Positions 15,068-26,283 of a stretch of DNA of 64,000 bases are shown one piece after another (within the stretch, counting starts at the first letter, position 1; every line of letters starts with the position of its first letter). The notes beneath the pieces are model-generated. The model had not been told where the DNA came from. It worked only from the letters and a program-made list of their open reading frames with translations, and searched no databases. A program made the position numbers and the translations under genes. This DNA is from Eledone cirrhosa (taxonomy: Eukaryota): assembly GCA_964016885.1 (NCBI GenBank), contig OZ024761.1:3286001-3350000 (forward strand), written 5' to 3'.

Positions 15068-15124
<57 letters not shown>

Positions 15125-15126
<2 letters not shown>

Positions 15127-16133
15127 TAAAAATAATGAATAAAAACAAAGAAACAGTTCCTTATATTAAAAAATTCATCATTTTACGATCGTTTCTAGGA
15201 TATATATGTTTGTGTTGGTATGTATATCATATAGATCTATGTAAAATTTTTACAAACTATCAGAGGGAATATACATACCTACACATATATATGCTGTCTT
15301 CAGAAATAATGATATTTGTTTATTGAAAAAAACCAACAAAGATTTAATATAATAGGTCTGTTTGGGAACAGATTTTGAATTGACCAATAGAAAGGTAGTA
15401 AGTGGTCAAGATGGTAAAATAGTAGTAATACAACTTTAATTTAGGGATAGAGGAAAGCAGATTTCAGTTTTGAATGGAAAGAGTATGATGAATGAAAAGA
15501 TTATTTTAGGGATGAAAATAGGTCAAGTCGGTAAAAGGTACACAAAAAAGTGATGTTATAAAAGAATAATGCTAATGTAAATATCTAAGGAGAATAAAAT
15601 TTTACGATAAATGTGTTAGTGAAAAATATCAATCTTATTTAAAATATAGGGAATTTACATCTATAAAAGGAAAATAAATTAATTAAATTGATAGGTATAT
15701 TTATATTGATAAATTTATATTAATTCATATAGATATGATAAATAAGAGTTAGATGTAATTGAAGAGTGCTGTTAAAAACTAAGGGAAAATAAAAAAAAAT
15801 AATAATAATTATTGGAGGGGGGGGGTAAATTTATTAGTGAGAAATAACAAATTTATATAGATTATAAGGAACACAGAATCATAACCTGAAAATTAAAATA
15901 GTTTATATGTATACTTATTGGTATAAATTTTAGGAAAAGATAGCTGTAAAAGGGAAATAAAATTATGCAGTTCTTTAGTAGTAGAATATTAATTATAGGT
16001 TAACTAATTTAAAAAAAGTGTTATTATAATAATTTCTAAAGTGTATATTAATTAGGTTTATAATATTTAAAAGTTCTCAGTTTATGATTACATGATATAA
16101 TTAATTCCTGTCGTTTATTTAATAGGATATCCT

Positions 16134-16135
<2 letters not shown>
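15125..16135 (-). pseudogene. 3' fragment of a Penelope-like element
   Basis: C-terminal motif ILLNKRQELIISCNH (16048-16135), AT-rich UTR, then a hammerhead at 15175-15312 (TCATTATTT-CTGAAGA...GAAAC-GATC-GTA-AAATGATGA). Confidence 0.8.
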
Positions 16136-16201
<66 letters not shown>

Positions 16202-16371
16202 TTAGGTATCGAGAGAGAGAAGAGAATGGAAAGATGGTAAATACATATATTTAGTTGCCAATAGTTTATGAATGTGTGCTCAATACTCGTACCTACAGGG
16301 TTAAATATTAGAGGCGTCAATATTTAGTGGGCGAGAAAAAATAAGCAGATCGATTATAAAGGAAGTGAATA

Positions 16372-16838
16372 CAAAGAGTTTAAAACCGTTAAAACATATT
16401 TATATAATTATGCACCTACGTAGGTTTCGCCATTAGCGGGTTTATCAAAGGCATGGAAAGCAAAATAATGTTCAACATAGGACCCAGGAGGGAATTTACG
16501 GTTAAATTAACATCATCATTCATTTTCCCCTCTGAGCACGTGTTTTTATTATCACAGAGCAGGGGGAGTAACTCTGGCCGGTGTTCAAGCAATCAGTCCC
16601 CTGTGGATTTTAATGCTTGTTCATATGCTGGTATTTAGCTTCTTTATATTATGTGTACACAATAAAACACATGCACAGAGTGGAAAATGAATGATGATGT
16701 TAATTTAACCGTAAATTCCCTCCTGGGTCCTATGTTGAACATTATTTTGCTTTCCATGCCCTTGATAAGCCCGCTCAGGGCGAAACGTACGTAGGTGCAC
16801 AATTATATAAACATGTTTTAACGGTTTTAAACTCTTTG
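16372..16838. mobile_element. Palindromic element with variant hammerheads
   Basis: Arms 16372-16549 / 16661-16838; TTGATAA-GCCC-GCTCA-GGGC-GAAAC-GTAC-GTA at 16756-16799 (+), mirror copy 16411-16454 (-). Confidence 0.75.
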
Positions 16839-16844
16839 TGTATA

Positions 16845-16903
<59 letters not shown>

Positions 16904-17010
16904 CTATATATATATGTATATGTGTGTATATATATACATATATATATATATGTTTATGTATATGTGTGTGTGTATGTATATATATATAAATATGTATATA
17001 TATATATGTG

Positions 17011-17122
17011 AAGGCGTGTGGCTGAGTGGTTAGAGAATTGGAATCGTAAGGTTGTGAGTTCGATTCCTGGACCAGGCGATGCGTTATGTCCTTGAGCAAG
17101 ACACTTTATTTCACGTTGCTCC
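17011..17122 (+). mobile_element. tRNA-derived SINE, second family, 3' truncated
   Basis: TGGCTGAGTGG A box, GAGTTCGATTCC B box, TGTCCTTGAGCAAGACACTT core. Confidence 0.8.
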
Positions 17123-17264
17123 TTCTACCTGGAGTTGCGACCGATAGATAGTATTAACAATTGGAAAGACCAACGGAAACATTGTTCCCTCGGTCCGATT
17201 TGACGAAAAGTCGATCGTTCCTATATATATATATATACGTATATATATACACATATATATATAT

Positions 17265-17320
<56 letters not shown>

Positions 17321-17619
17321 GCCTTCACAAATACGTTAGTAGTCTGCTAAAATGTGGTGTAAGTGGATATATTGTACATTATATTAAGAGATATCTTGCT
17401 ATTGAGAGGAAGATATGGAGGTTTTAGTCATTAAAGACAGCCCTGAATCGCCGTATATTTTCTATTTCCATTCCATGTAACTCATGACTATTGATCCTGT
17501 GATCTCAGAAACTGCCAAAATTAATTCCATAATGCCAAGCTGGAATAACGTAGCTTGTATCAATCAAAGCTAAAGGTCGATATTCCACATGTAACAATCC
17601 TACTACATAAAAACTAATA

Positions 17620-18680
17620 TTGGTTTCTACTTTGACAAAGCCAGCAATTTTGGAGGAGGTGAAAAGTCATTTAAATCGACCCAAGTATATTACTGGTACT
17701 TTATTTTATCAACCCGAGTGCGTTACTGGTACTTTATGTTATCTACCCCAGTGCATTACTGGTACTTTATTTTATCTACCCCAGTGCATTACTGGTACTT
17801 TATTTAACGACCCGAGTGCATTACTGGTACTTTATTTTATCGACCCCAGTGCATTACTGGTACTTTATTTTATCGACCCGAGTGCGTTACTGGTACTTTA
17901 TTTTATCTACCCCAGTGCATTACTGGTACTTTATTTTATCGACCCGAGTGCATTACTGGTACTTTATTTTATCGACCCGAGTGCGTTACTGGTACTTTAT
18001 TTTATCTACCCCAGTGCATTACTGGTACTTTATTTTATCGACCCCAGTGCATTACTGGTACTTTATTTTATCGACCCGAGTGCGTTACTGGTACTTTATT
18101 TTATCTACCCCAGTGCATTACTGGTACTTTATTTTATCGACCCGAGTGCATTACCGGTACTTTATTTTATCGACCCGAGTGCATTACTGGTACTTTATTT
18201 TATCGACCCCAGTGCGTTACTGGTACTTTATTTTATCGATGTCCCCCTCTACACCCGTAAGGATGAAAAGCAAAGCTAACCTCGGCGGGATTTGAACTCA
18301 GATCGTAAAAGGCCGTAACTCTATGCCGCTGAGCATGTTGTCCGACGCTCCACCGATTACTTCACCAATCCACTGTCTTTCATTCCTATAATGATCTCTA
18401 ATATAGGCACAAGGCCAGCAATTTGAGGAGAAAGTCGATTAAATCTACCCCAGTGCATTACTGGTACTTTATTTTATCGACCCGAGTGCGTTACTGGTAC
18501 TTTATTTTATCGACCCGAGTGCGTTACTGGTACTTTATTTTATCGACGCCCCCTCCAAACCCGTAAGGATGAAAGACAAAGCTAACCTCGGCCGGATTTA
18601 AACTCAGATAGTAAAGGGCCGTAACTCTATGCTTCTAAGCATGTTGTCCGACGCTCCACCAATTACTGGCAATCCACCAA
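17620..18680 (-). mobile_element. Two SINEs with an internally amplified 33-bp minisatellite
   Basis: About 17 copies of CGACCCSAGTGCATTACTGGTACTTTATTTTAT at 17678-18240 between SINE tail and head; about 3 copies in the second SINE (18400-18680). Confidence 0.9.
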
Positions 18681-18737
18681 AATATTAATAATAATAAAGT
18701 TTACGATATATGCAACAGACACGTGGAAACCATAGTA

Positions 18738-18812
18738 ACATGTACTAACATTGGAACGATACAGAGACGATTAGCATGGTCCCTGAACATGGATGACGTA
18801 CAAATATGTAAA
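18738..18812 (+). pseudogene. RNU6: U6 snRNA pseudogene or divergent copy
   Basis: ACATGTACTAACATTGGAACGATACAGAGACGATTAGCATGGTCCCTG..GGATGAC..CAAAT aligns with U6; ACAGAGA box and AGC triad present; 5' hairpin not seen. Confidence 0.85.
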
Positions 18813-19212
18813 CTAAACGACTAATTCTGGTTTTTAAAGAAATCAACGGAGACAACCTAGAAAAGTTATCGCTTTTCCACTCCACCCCACTTTATTCCAC
18901 CCCACCCCCACATATTCCACCCCTTATCCCACCCTACCCCCTACTTATTCCCCCTATTTCACCCTACACCCCACCCCCACTTATCCCCCCTTATTCCATC
19001 TCCCCAGCTTATTCCGACGCGATATATATAATACTTATCAAAGATTAAAGAAGACGACCATCAGTTGGCCACCACGTGTGACAATAGGCCACACTTCATA
19101 GCATGAGGGGTAAACGGAACCCTTTCAGGCAAACCAACACACTCGCAACATTACCATGCATATATATGCAATATATATGTAAACAATCAAATTTTTGTTT
19201 AATGCATTTAAT

Positions 19213-19259
19213 TGCTAACGATCGTTTCTTCCAGACAAATGTCTGGATTCATCGGAGCA
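19213..19259 (-). ncRNA. Hammerhead with CCGAUGA core (family B relative)
   Basis: Minus: TGCT-CCGATGA-ATCCAGAC-ATTT-GTCTGGAA-GAAAC-GATC-GTT-AGCA. Confidence 0.8.
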
Positions 19260-19409
19260 TATAGAATGTTAAAACAAATAAATAAAATCCTTATCATTAG
19301 AACATTTATTAAAATACATTAAATTTGAGAAGACTGATTATAATTATTAGTGTCAGCTACAATATATTGAATAGTATGAGCAAAAGAACATTATAATGAA
19401 AAGATAGTA

Positions 19410-19454
<45 letters not shown>

Positions 19455-19457
<3 letters not shown>

Positions 19458-19658
19458 CGAAGGAAGTGTGGTAGGGAACCAGGTGGACCATAACGCACCA
19501 GAGTACTCAATACTTAGGGTAGTAGAGTGGGTAATAGGAAAATGTTCAAGACCCCGACGGCAGAGCTCGAGCCGTTTCGACGGTTATTTCTGGACTCATA
19601 AATAGCCGTCGAAACGGCTCGAGCTCTGCCGTCTCGGGGTCTTGAACATTTTCCTATA
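19455..19658. mobile_element. Fold-back element carrying the 3' half of a hammerhead (family D)
   Basis: 19535-19587 / 19600-19657 inverted; GAAACGGC-TCGAGCTCT-GCCGTC stem III; related fragment at 11360-11446. Confidence 0.65.
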
Positions 19659-19690
19659 TATTTCCTATATATATATATACGAGTATATAT

Positions 19691-19744
<54 letters not shown>

Positions 19745-19746
19745 GA

Positions 19747-19805
<59 letters not shown>

Positions 19806-19808
<3 letters not shown>

Positions 19809-20269
19809 GATATTAAACAAATGGAAACTATATTTATAAAACCATATTTATTTCATTATACATATTTCGGGGATACCATATTAAAAATATGGCATGCCTT
19901 CTTCAGATAAAATACAATATATAAACAGTTTTATAAATAATTTTGACGTACCATAAATATTGAGCAACCGTTATGTAGGAAGCCGGTTTGGTAGTGAGAT
20001 GTTTATAAATATTTAGTGTTAAGCACAGTTAAAAAGAAAGACGGAGAAAAAGAAGAAATGTATGTAAAGAAAAACAGAGAGTGTATTTTATCTGAAGAAG
20101 GCATGCCATATTTTTAATATGGTATCGCCGAAATATGTATAATGAAATAAATATGGTTTTATAAATATAGTTTCCATTTGTTTAATATCGTATATCTACT
20201 CCAAAACTTGTCGAGTGCTTTATATCAGTTATAAAATATTTACTTGTTGTAACCCAACAATAAAACTTT

Positions 20270-20272
<3 letters not shown>
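19806..20272. mobile_element. Family C inverted element with two hammerheads
   Basis: 19806-19916 / 20082-20192 inverted; TATTTTAT-CTGAAGA-AGGCATGCCATATTTTTAATATGGTATCGCC-GAAA-TATGTATA-ATGAAATA at 20084-20149 (+), mirror 19849-19914 (-). Confidence 0.85.
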
Positions 20273-20298
<26 letters not shown>

Positions 20299-20305
<7 letters not shown>

Positions 20306-20700
20306 TAACAGATTAAAGTTTAAGCAAAGAATCGCTGCTTTGACCCTTAACGGGATCTTCTGAAACTAACAAAGTCAATCTGTAAACGCAGAAGTGGATA
20401 TTTCAAAATATGACGTATTATATTCGTTTTTTCCCGTTCTTTGCCAGGGAACGTTTCCACGAACCAAAGTATCGTCTTCCTGTCTTCCTCCGGTTGCAAC
20501 GTTTTTTGAAATATCCACTTCTGCGTTTACAGATTGACTTTGTTAGTTTCAGAAGATCTCGTTAAGGATGAAAGCAGCGATTCTTTGCTTAAACTTTAAT
20601 CTGTTATTTTAATAAATATTTGCTCTACGGTTCTTATATATTTGATATATATTTATCCTTATCGAGCCCTCTTTAGATTTTAGTCTTCAAATTTATTATT
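20299..20700. mobile_element. Inverted element with CAGAAGA-core hammerhead-like motifs
   Basis: 20299-20408 / 20505-20613 inverted; AGTTT-CAGAAGA-TCTCGTTAAGGAT-GAAAGCA..TGCTT-AAACT at 20545-20595. Confidence 0.7.
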
Positions 20701-20702
20701 AT

Positions 20703-20756
<54 letters not shown>

Positions 20757-20878
20757 TGGCGAAATAGAGCTTCAACCGTATTTTTGACTAAGTCAATTAG
20801 TCCAACAGATTGGAAAAAGGATGAGTTTGACATCACCCACGAAATTTCCAATCATATTTGATTGGAAATTTGGTGGCT

Positions 20879-20950
20879 GGCGTATTGCTGTAATGGGTAA
20901 CACAGTGGCCATGATACCCAAAGGTGTGGGTTTGTGTCCCATGTACGTCA
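20879..20950 (+). pseudogene. Degenerate tRNA-like cloverleaf inside an inverted-repeat element (20755-21110)
   Basis: Acceptor GGCGTAT/GTACGTC+A; D arm CTGT-AATGGGTA-ACAC; T arm GTGGG-TTTGTGT-CCCAT; anticodon arm degenerate; 72 nt. Confidence 0.65.
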
Positions 20951-21111
20951 ATACTCATCCTTTTTCCAATCTAGGGTTTGTATAATTCTAACTATTAGAC
21001 TAATTTACTTAGTCAAAAATACGGTGGAATCTCTATTTCACTAATTTTCAAATTCTTCCCTGTTTGTAAACAACGTTAATTTTCAAAAAACAACGCAAAG
21101 CTCTGTATCTG

Positions 21112-21147
<36 letters not shown>

Positions 21148-21284
21148 CTATGTGAGAGTGTGTCTGTGTGAGAAGATCCCACCATTCCACCTCACCCTAC
21201 CACCCCACACTCCCTCAGTACAATGTCAGTAACTATTTCTACAACATTGTACTTAGAAAACTATATAGCACATACACGTCAAAG

Positions 21285-21346
<62 letters not shown>

Positions 21347-21354
<8 letters not shown>

Positions 21355-21930
21355 CGTAAAATAAGACAATTATAAAATTTAAAATTAACTTACTTACTAA
21401 AATTTCACTCCAACTAATTAGTTTCTGAAAGGGAATAAATATAGTTTCCGAAGAAACGTACGGAGAAGCCTTTCGTCATCAGGGAAGTCTATTCTCAGCT
21501 AAGTTTCCAGGCAATACGTGGACACAGGGAACTTATACAAAAATAATTCAGTGGATGGAAAAAAGCAAAGCGTGGACTAAATTCCAAGCCATTGAAAAAA
21601 ATCACTGCCTACTGCGTCGGTGGCAAATTCAAAAGAATCAGTCACGTGACATCGAGGTCAATAAGTGAAGAGTGGTTTGTTAAGATGACAGCAGCCGGAC
21701 CGTTACTATAGTAGCAGTTTTGGCCAATTTTTGCTCGACAAAATAATTTGGAGATAATTATAAAGAATTAATATATCTAGTAACATATATATATACACAG
21801 ATGCATACTTATGGTAGCAAATATATAGGTTTTGTCTTAGTAACTTTGTGGTTCAATGCATGGGGATGCAGAACAATAATATGAGAGACGTAAAATAAGA
21901 AAATTATAAAATTAACTTACTTACTAAAAT
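21347..21930 (-). mobile_element. Retrozyme-like non-coding unit (~534 nt plus partial direct repeat)
   Basis: 21347-21403 repeated at 21881-21930; one hammerhead at 21408-21487; no ORF; second copy at 33255-33742. Confidence 0.75.
21408..21487 (-). ncRNA. Type I hammerhead with extended stem II
   Basis: Minus: TTCC-CTGATGA-CGAAAGG...CCTTTCA-GAAAC-TAATTA-GTT-GGAG. Confidence 0.85.
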
Positions 21931-21961
21931 ATATATATATATAGATGCATACGTACATATA

Positions 21962-22036
<75 letters not shown>

Positions 22037-22089
22037 GGAAGTTTCGTTTATATATAAAAAATAAATATTTTATATATATATATATATAT

Positions 22090-22337
22090 ATATTAATAAA
22101 TATTAATAAATGAAAAATAATCTAATAACCAAAATATATATTTTATTATACATATTTTATATGTATAATAAAATATATATTTTGGTTATACATATATATA
22201 TTTTGGTTATGAGAATATTTTTCATTTATTAATATTTTGAATAATATTAAATACTCCAGAAAAATTTTGTCGTGTGCTTCTATTCTCTTGTATAAATTGT
22301 ATTCTTTGAATAATCAAGGAACCATATAAACTTTGGT
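22090..22337. mobile_element. Family C fold-back remnant, hammerhead mostly deleted
   Basis: Palindrome centred near 22157; sequence homologous to 10613-10775. Confidence 0.65.
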
Positions 22338-22369
<32 letters not shown>

Positions 22370-23375
22370 GTATTCCAATGTTACTAAGTAGTTGTATTGG
22401 ATGGAGTCAACTGACGTCAGAGATTGCTCAACGTATAATAAAGTGTGTTTTAAAATCCGGAGAAAATATGGAGAAAAAATTTACGAAATGGAAATGCGGG
22501 TATATAGAATTTATTAGGTAACAATTGTTTCTATAGTGTATGAGTTACCTATACCTCGCTATTTGAATAATACACAAATATTATCAAAAACCGAAAGTAC
22601 ACTGTAAGCCAACACACCATGTCATCAGACCTTTGTATTAGAATGATATGAAAATATTTTATACACTAGATAAAAGATAAAGAAGGAGGTAGGAAGAGAA
22701 GGGGAAGAGGGAAGTGAGTAAGGTGGAGGGAGTCTTAGGGTTTAAGACTGTCAGACTAGTAGAGATTGTGAAGAGAGAATGTTTTGGCAGCAGTTAGCTT
22801 AATGAGGCGTGCTAAGGTTGGCTGGGAAGTAGATACTTCTAGTGGTGTTGTTCGGACAAAATTCAGTTAGAGGGGTCAAAGTGGTACAATGTCACAGACA
22901 AGTTATTAGGGCTATTATGGTAGCAGGTTATTTCTAAAGGGGTCCAGAAAAACAGTGTTTAGTACTATTGTTATAGAAAGCCATATCTAGTGTATAAACA
23001 TATAAAACAGAAATTTGCAAACGTTGGTGTAAAAAGGTAACATTATATGCATTTAAAAAAAGAAAAAGTCGTTTTCAAACGATGGTTACAGTATAGAGAA
23101 CGTTCAATTTTGCTGTTCAAAAGTTTGTTTACCGACGTTAAAATGCAGTATATCTCTAAGTTGCATAACTTTCAGAATCGATGATTTTGCTGATATGCAG
23201 GCGCAGCTGCAATAATTTGCCAATCAAGGGAGAACGCTTGATTGTTCCTCCGAAGCTGCCAGGCTTTATCGGCGAGGGTTGTTACGGAGCGCATTTTCTC
23301 GTGCCTGATCGAAGATCGATGTTGGTATAGGCGAGCCTTGAAAGAAGTTGCGGTACATCCGACGTAATACCATTT
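22370..23375 (-). pseudogene. 3' fragment of a Penelope-like element (GIY-YIG C-terminal half, UTR, hammerhead)
   Basis: YYVGCTATSFKARLYQHRSS...F*KLCNLE...LLNSKIERSLYCNH (23370-23043); hammerhead at 22516-22632: AGGT-CTGATGA-CATGGTGTGT...ATACACTATA-GAAAC-AATT-GTT-ACCT. Confidence 0.88.
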
Positions 23376-23384
23376 GTAATACCA

Positions 23385-24432
23385 TTTCGCTTTGTACTTA
23401 GGCGGGTCTTCTGTATTACTGTGTAGCGCCAAAGATCTCGGTCCAGTGACATTGTCTTGGAGAGGTGTAAGTGTGTGAGGTCGGAATTGATCAGGTCATC
23501 CCAGGTTTTTCTGGGTCTGCTTACTCCGTGGCTACGGTCTATTTTTATCGCCCTGCACTTTTTTATACAGCTGTCGTCTTTCATGCGCATCACATGACCA
23601 TACCAACGTAGTCTTCTCTCGAGTAAACAACATCTGATTCCTCTTATTCCTAATTTCTCCCTTAGTTCATTTATGCTTTGCCGTTCACGTATATTACTAT
23701 TACACATCCAACGGAACATGCAAGCTTCGTTCCTCTCCAGTCTGCGTAGATCCTCTGCACACAAGGCCCATGTCTCACTGCCATGTTACATCGTTGTTCG
23801 TATGCAGGCATCATACAGCCTGCCTTTCATTTTTAGAGAGAACCCTTTAGCGGCCAATAGTGGTATAAGCTCTCTGAACTTTTTCCATCCCGTTCTGACT
23901 CTAGATACTGTACTTTCAGAGCACCCTCCACCACTGCTGATTTTGTCACCCAGGTAACGGAAGGCGTCCACTATTTCTATAGAACCATCTGTGCAATGGA
24001 ATGAGCTATTATTCTGTGGGCACTTATTGCACCTGAGCACCGGCCACATATAAAATCTATATTCTTAGTTAGCTTACCTGTGATCCCACTACATCTTTTA
24101 TGCACCCATACTTTGCATTTAGGACATAAAATGGAGTTTCTGCCTACTCCTTTCCTACACACTGAGCATGGCCATTTCCCAGATGGGACCAGTGCCCTAT
24201 TTTCATCCTACAAACTAGAACTTTAGTCTTAGACAGGTTAATTTTAAGGCCTTTTGATTCTAGGCCATGCTTCCATGTTTGGAATTTCTTCTCTAGTTCA
24301 GCCATTGATTCAACTATGAGCGTTAGATCATCTGCGTATAGAAGTTCCCATGGGCAGTCGGTCTTGAACTCCTCTGTTATAGCCTGAAGGGCAATAATAA
24401 ATAGGAGGGGGCTAAGGACGGAGCCCTGATGA

Positions 24433-24435
<3 letters not shown>
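23385..24435 (-). mobile_element. 5'-truncated, frameshifted RTE-clade LINE
   Basis: VHQGSVLSPLLF, ELLYADDL, FRYLGD, RRLRWYGHVMRM, RPRKTW spread across several frames. Confidence 0.93.
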
Positions 24436-24515
<80 letters not shown>

Positions 24516-24601
24516 GTGTATATATATATATATAATATATATATATATATAATGTGTGTGTATATACAATGTGTATATATATATAGTATGTATTATGTAT
24601 A

Positions 24602-24790
24602 GGGCGGTGGATTGGCAGTATCGGTAGAGAGTCGGACGCCATGCTTTCCAGCATAGTTACGGCCCTTTACGATCTGAGTTCAAATCCCGCCGAGGTTGAC
24701 TTTGCCTTTTATCCTTACGGGGTCGATAAAATAAAGTACCAGTAATGCACTGGGTAATTGCTGGCCATGTGCCTAAAGTAGAAACAATTA
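24602..24790 (+). mobile_element. tRNA-derived SINE
   Basis: Near-identical to the 6239-6438 family. Confidence 0.9.
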
Positions 24791-24985
24791 TGTATATATA
24801 TATGTATATTATGTATTATGTATATACATATATATATAGTATGTATTATGTATATACATATATATAGTATGTATTATGTGTATATATATATATATATAGT
24901 ATGTATTATGTATATACATATATATAGTATGTATTATGTATATATATATATATATAGTATGTATTATGTATATATATATAGTATG

Positions 24986-25021
<36 letters not shown>

Positions 25022-25084
25022 TGTATTAAGTATATATATATATATATAAATATATATATATAGTATGTATTAAGTATATATTTC

Positions 25085-25230
25085 CTTTTACGTCCGCTTT
25101 TCCCTGCTTGCAAGGGTGGGACGGGAACTGATTCTAGCTTGATTTCTACAGCTGGATGCCCTTCCTAACACCAACCTCATTTTTACAGTGAGTGGTGGCT
25201 GCTTTTTTCCGTGGCACCTCCACGACCACT
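25085..25230 (-). mobile_element. 3' part of a SINE with a Deu/Nin-like domain and RTE-type tail
   Basis: Minus: GTTGGTGTTAGGAAGGGCATCCAGCTGTAGAAA ... GCAGGGAAAAGCGGACGTAAAA; domain name assigned from memory. Confidence 0.6.
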
Positions 25231-25237
25231 TTATTAG

Positions 25238-25428
25238 GGCGGTGGATTGGCAGTATCGGTAGAGGCTCGGACGCCATGCTTTGACGCATCTAGTTACGTC
25301 CCTTGTCATTCTGAGTTCAAATCCCGCCGAGGTTAACTTTGCCTTTCATCCTCACGGGGTCGATTAAATAAAATACCAGTAATGCACTGGGTATTTGCTG
25401 ACCTTGGGCCAAAAGTAGAAACAATTAT
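25238..25428 (+). mobile_element. tRNA-derived SINE
   Basis: Same family as 24602-24790. Confidence 0.9.
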
Positions 25429-25549
25429 ATATATACATATATATAGTATGTATTATGTATATACATGTATATAATATGTATATATATAGCATATAATATG
25501 TATATACATATATATATATATATATAGTATGTAATATATATATATATAT

Positions 25550-26283
25550 ATAAGATCAAAAGATGGTTAAAACAGTTCCAAGTATTTTATTATGCGCATT
25601 TCAAAAACAAATGTCATCATGGGATGATATTTGCGTTCTCATCAGATAAAATTAATATTTTTTATTTTAATAATACATATTAATAAATTCTTTTTTCGCA
25701 CATATTATTAAACCCTTCAATATATAAACCTTAAATAAATAAATTCCTTTTTCTTTATTCATAAACATCACCATTCATAAACCTCATTAACTTTTAATTT
25801 CAAAATCTTTTTAAATTATGTTTCAACGGTTTTTTAATTTCTCTCTGTGAGACAAAGTTTTCTCAGTTGTAAAGCCTATTTCTCTCTCTCTATCACTCAT
25901 TTCTCCTCCTCTCTCATCCTTCCTTCTTATATTCCTCCCCCACCATCCTTTATTTTCTTTCTTCCTTACTTTTTCCTACCTCCCCTCCTTCTTTTTTTTC
26001 CCAATCACATATATCCATCTTACTTTATTTTTCATATGTAGATTTAACACTTCACTGCTCGCAAGCGTTCTTTAAGCTTCATATCATGTCTCCCTATTTT
26101 ATCTGATGAGAACGCAAATATCATCCCATGATGATATTTGTTTTTGAATTGCGCATAATAAAATACTTGAACTCGTTTAACCATCTTTTGATCTCATATT
26201 ATTTATACTCCAGTCCTATAAAGTGTGGAGTGCTACTTATCCGATATTTGCATTGCTTTATTCTGCTACAATAAAACCCACCT

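Noticed and set aside
17678-18240. 33-bp repeats resembling a CRISPR array, and a 219-aa repeat ORF
   Set aside because: No unique spacers; the unit is a SINE segment
24602-24700. SINE heads as functional tRNA genes
   Set aside because: A/B boxes are present, but the arms are expanded and joined to a repeated SINE body
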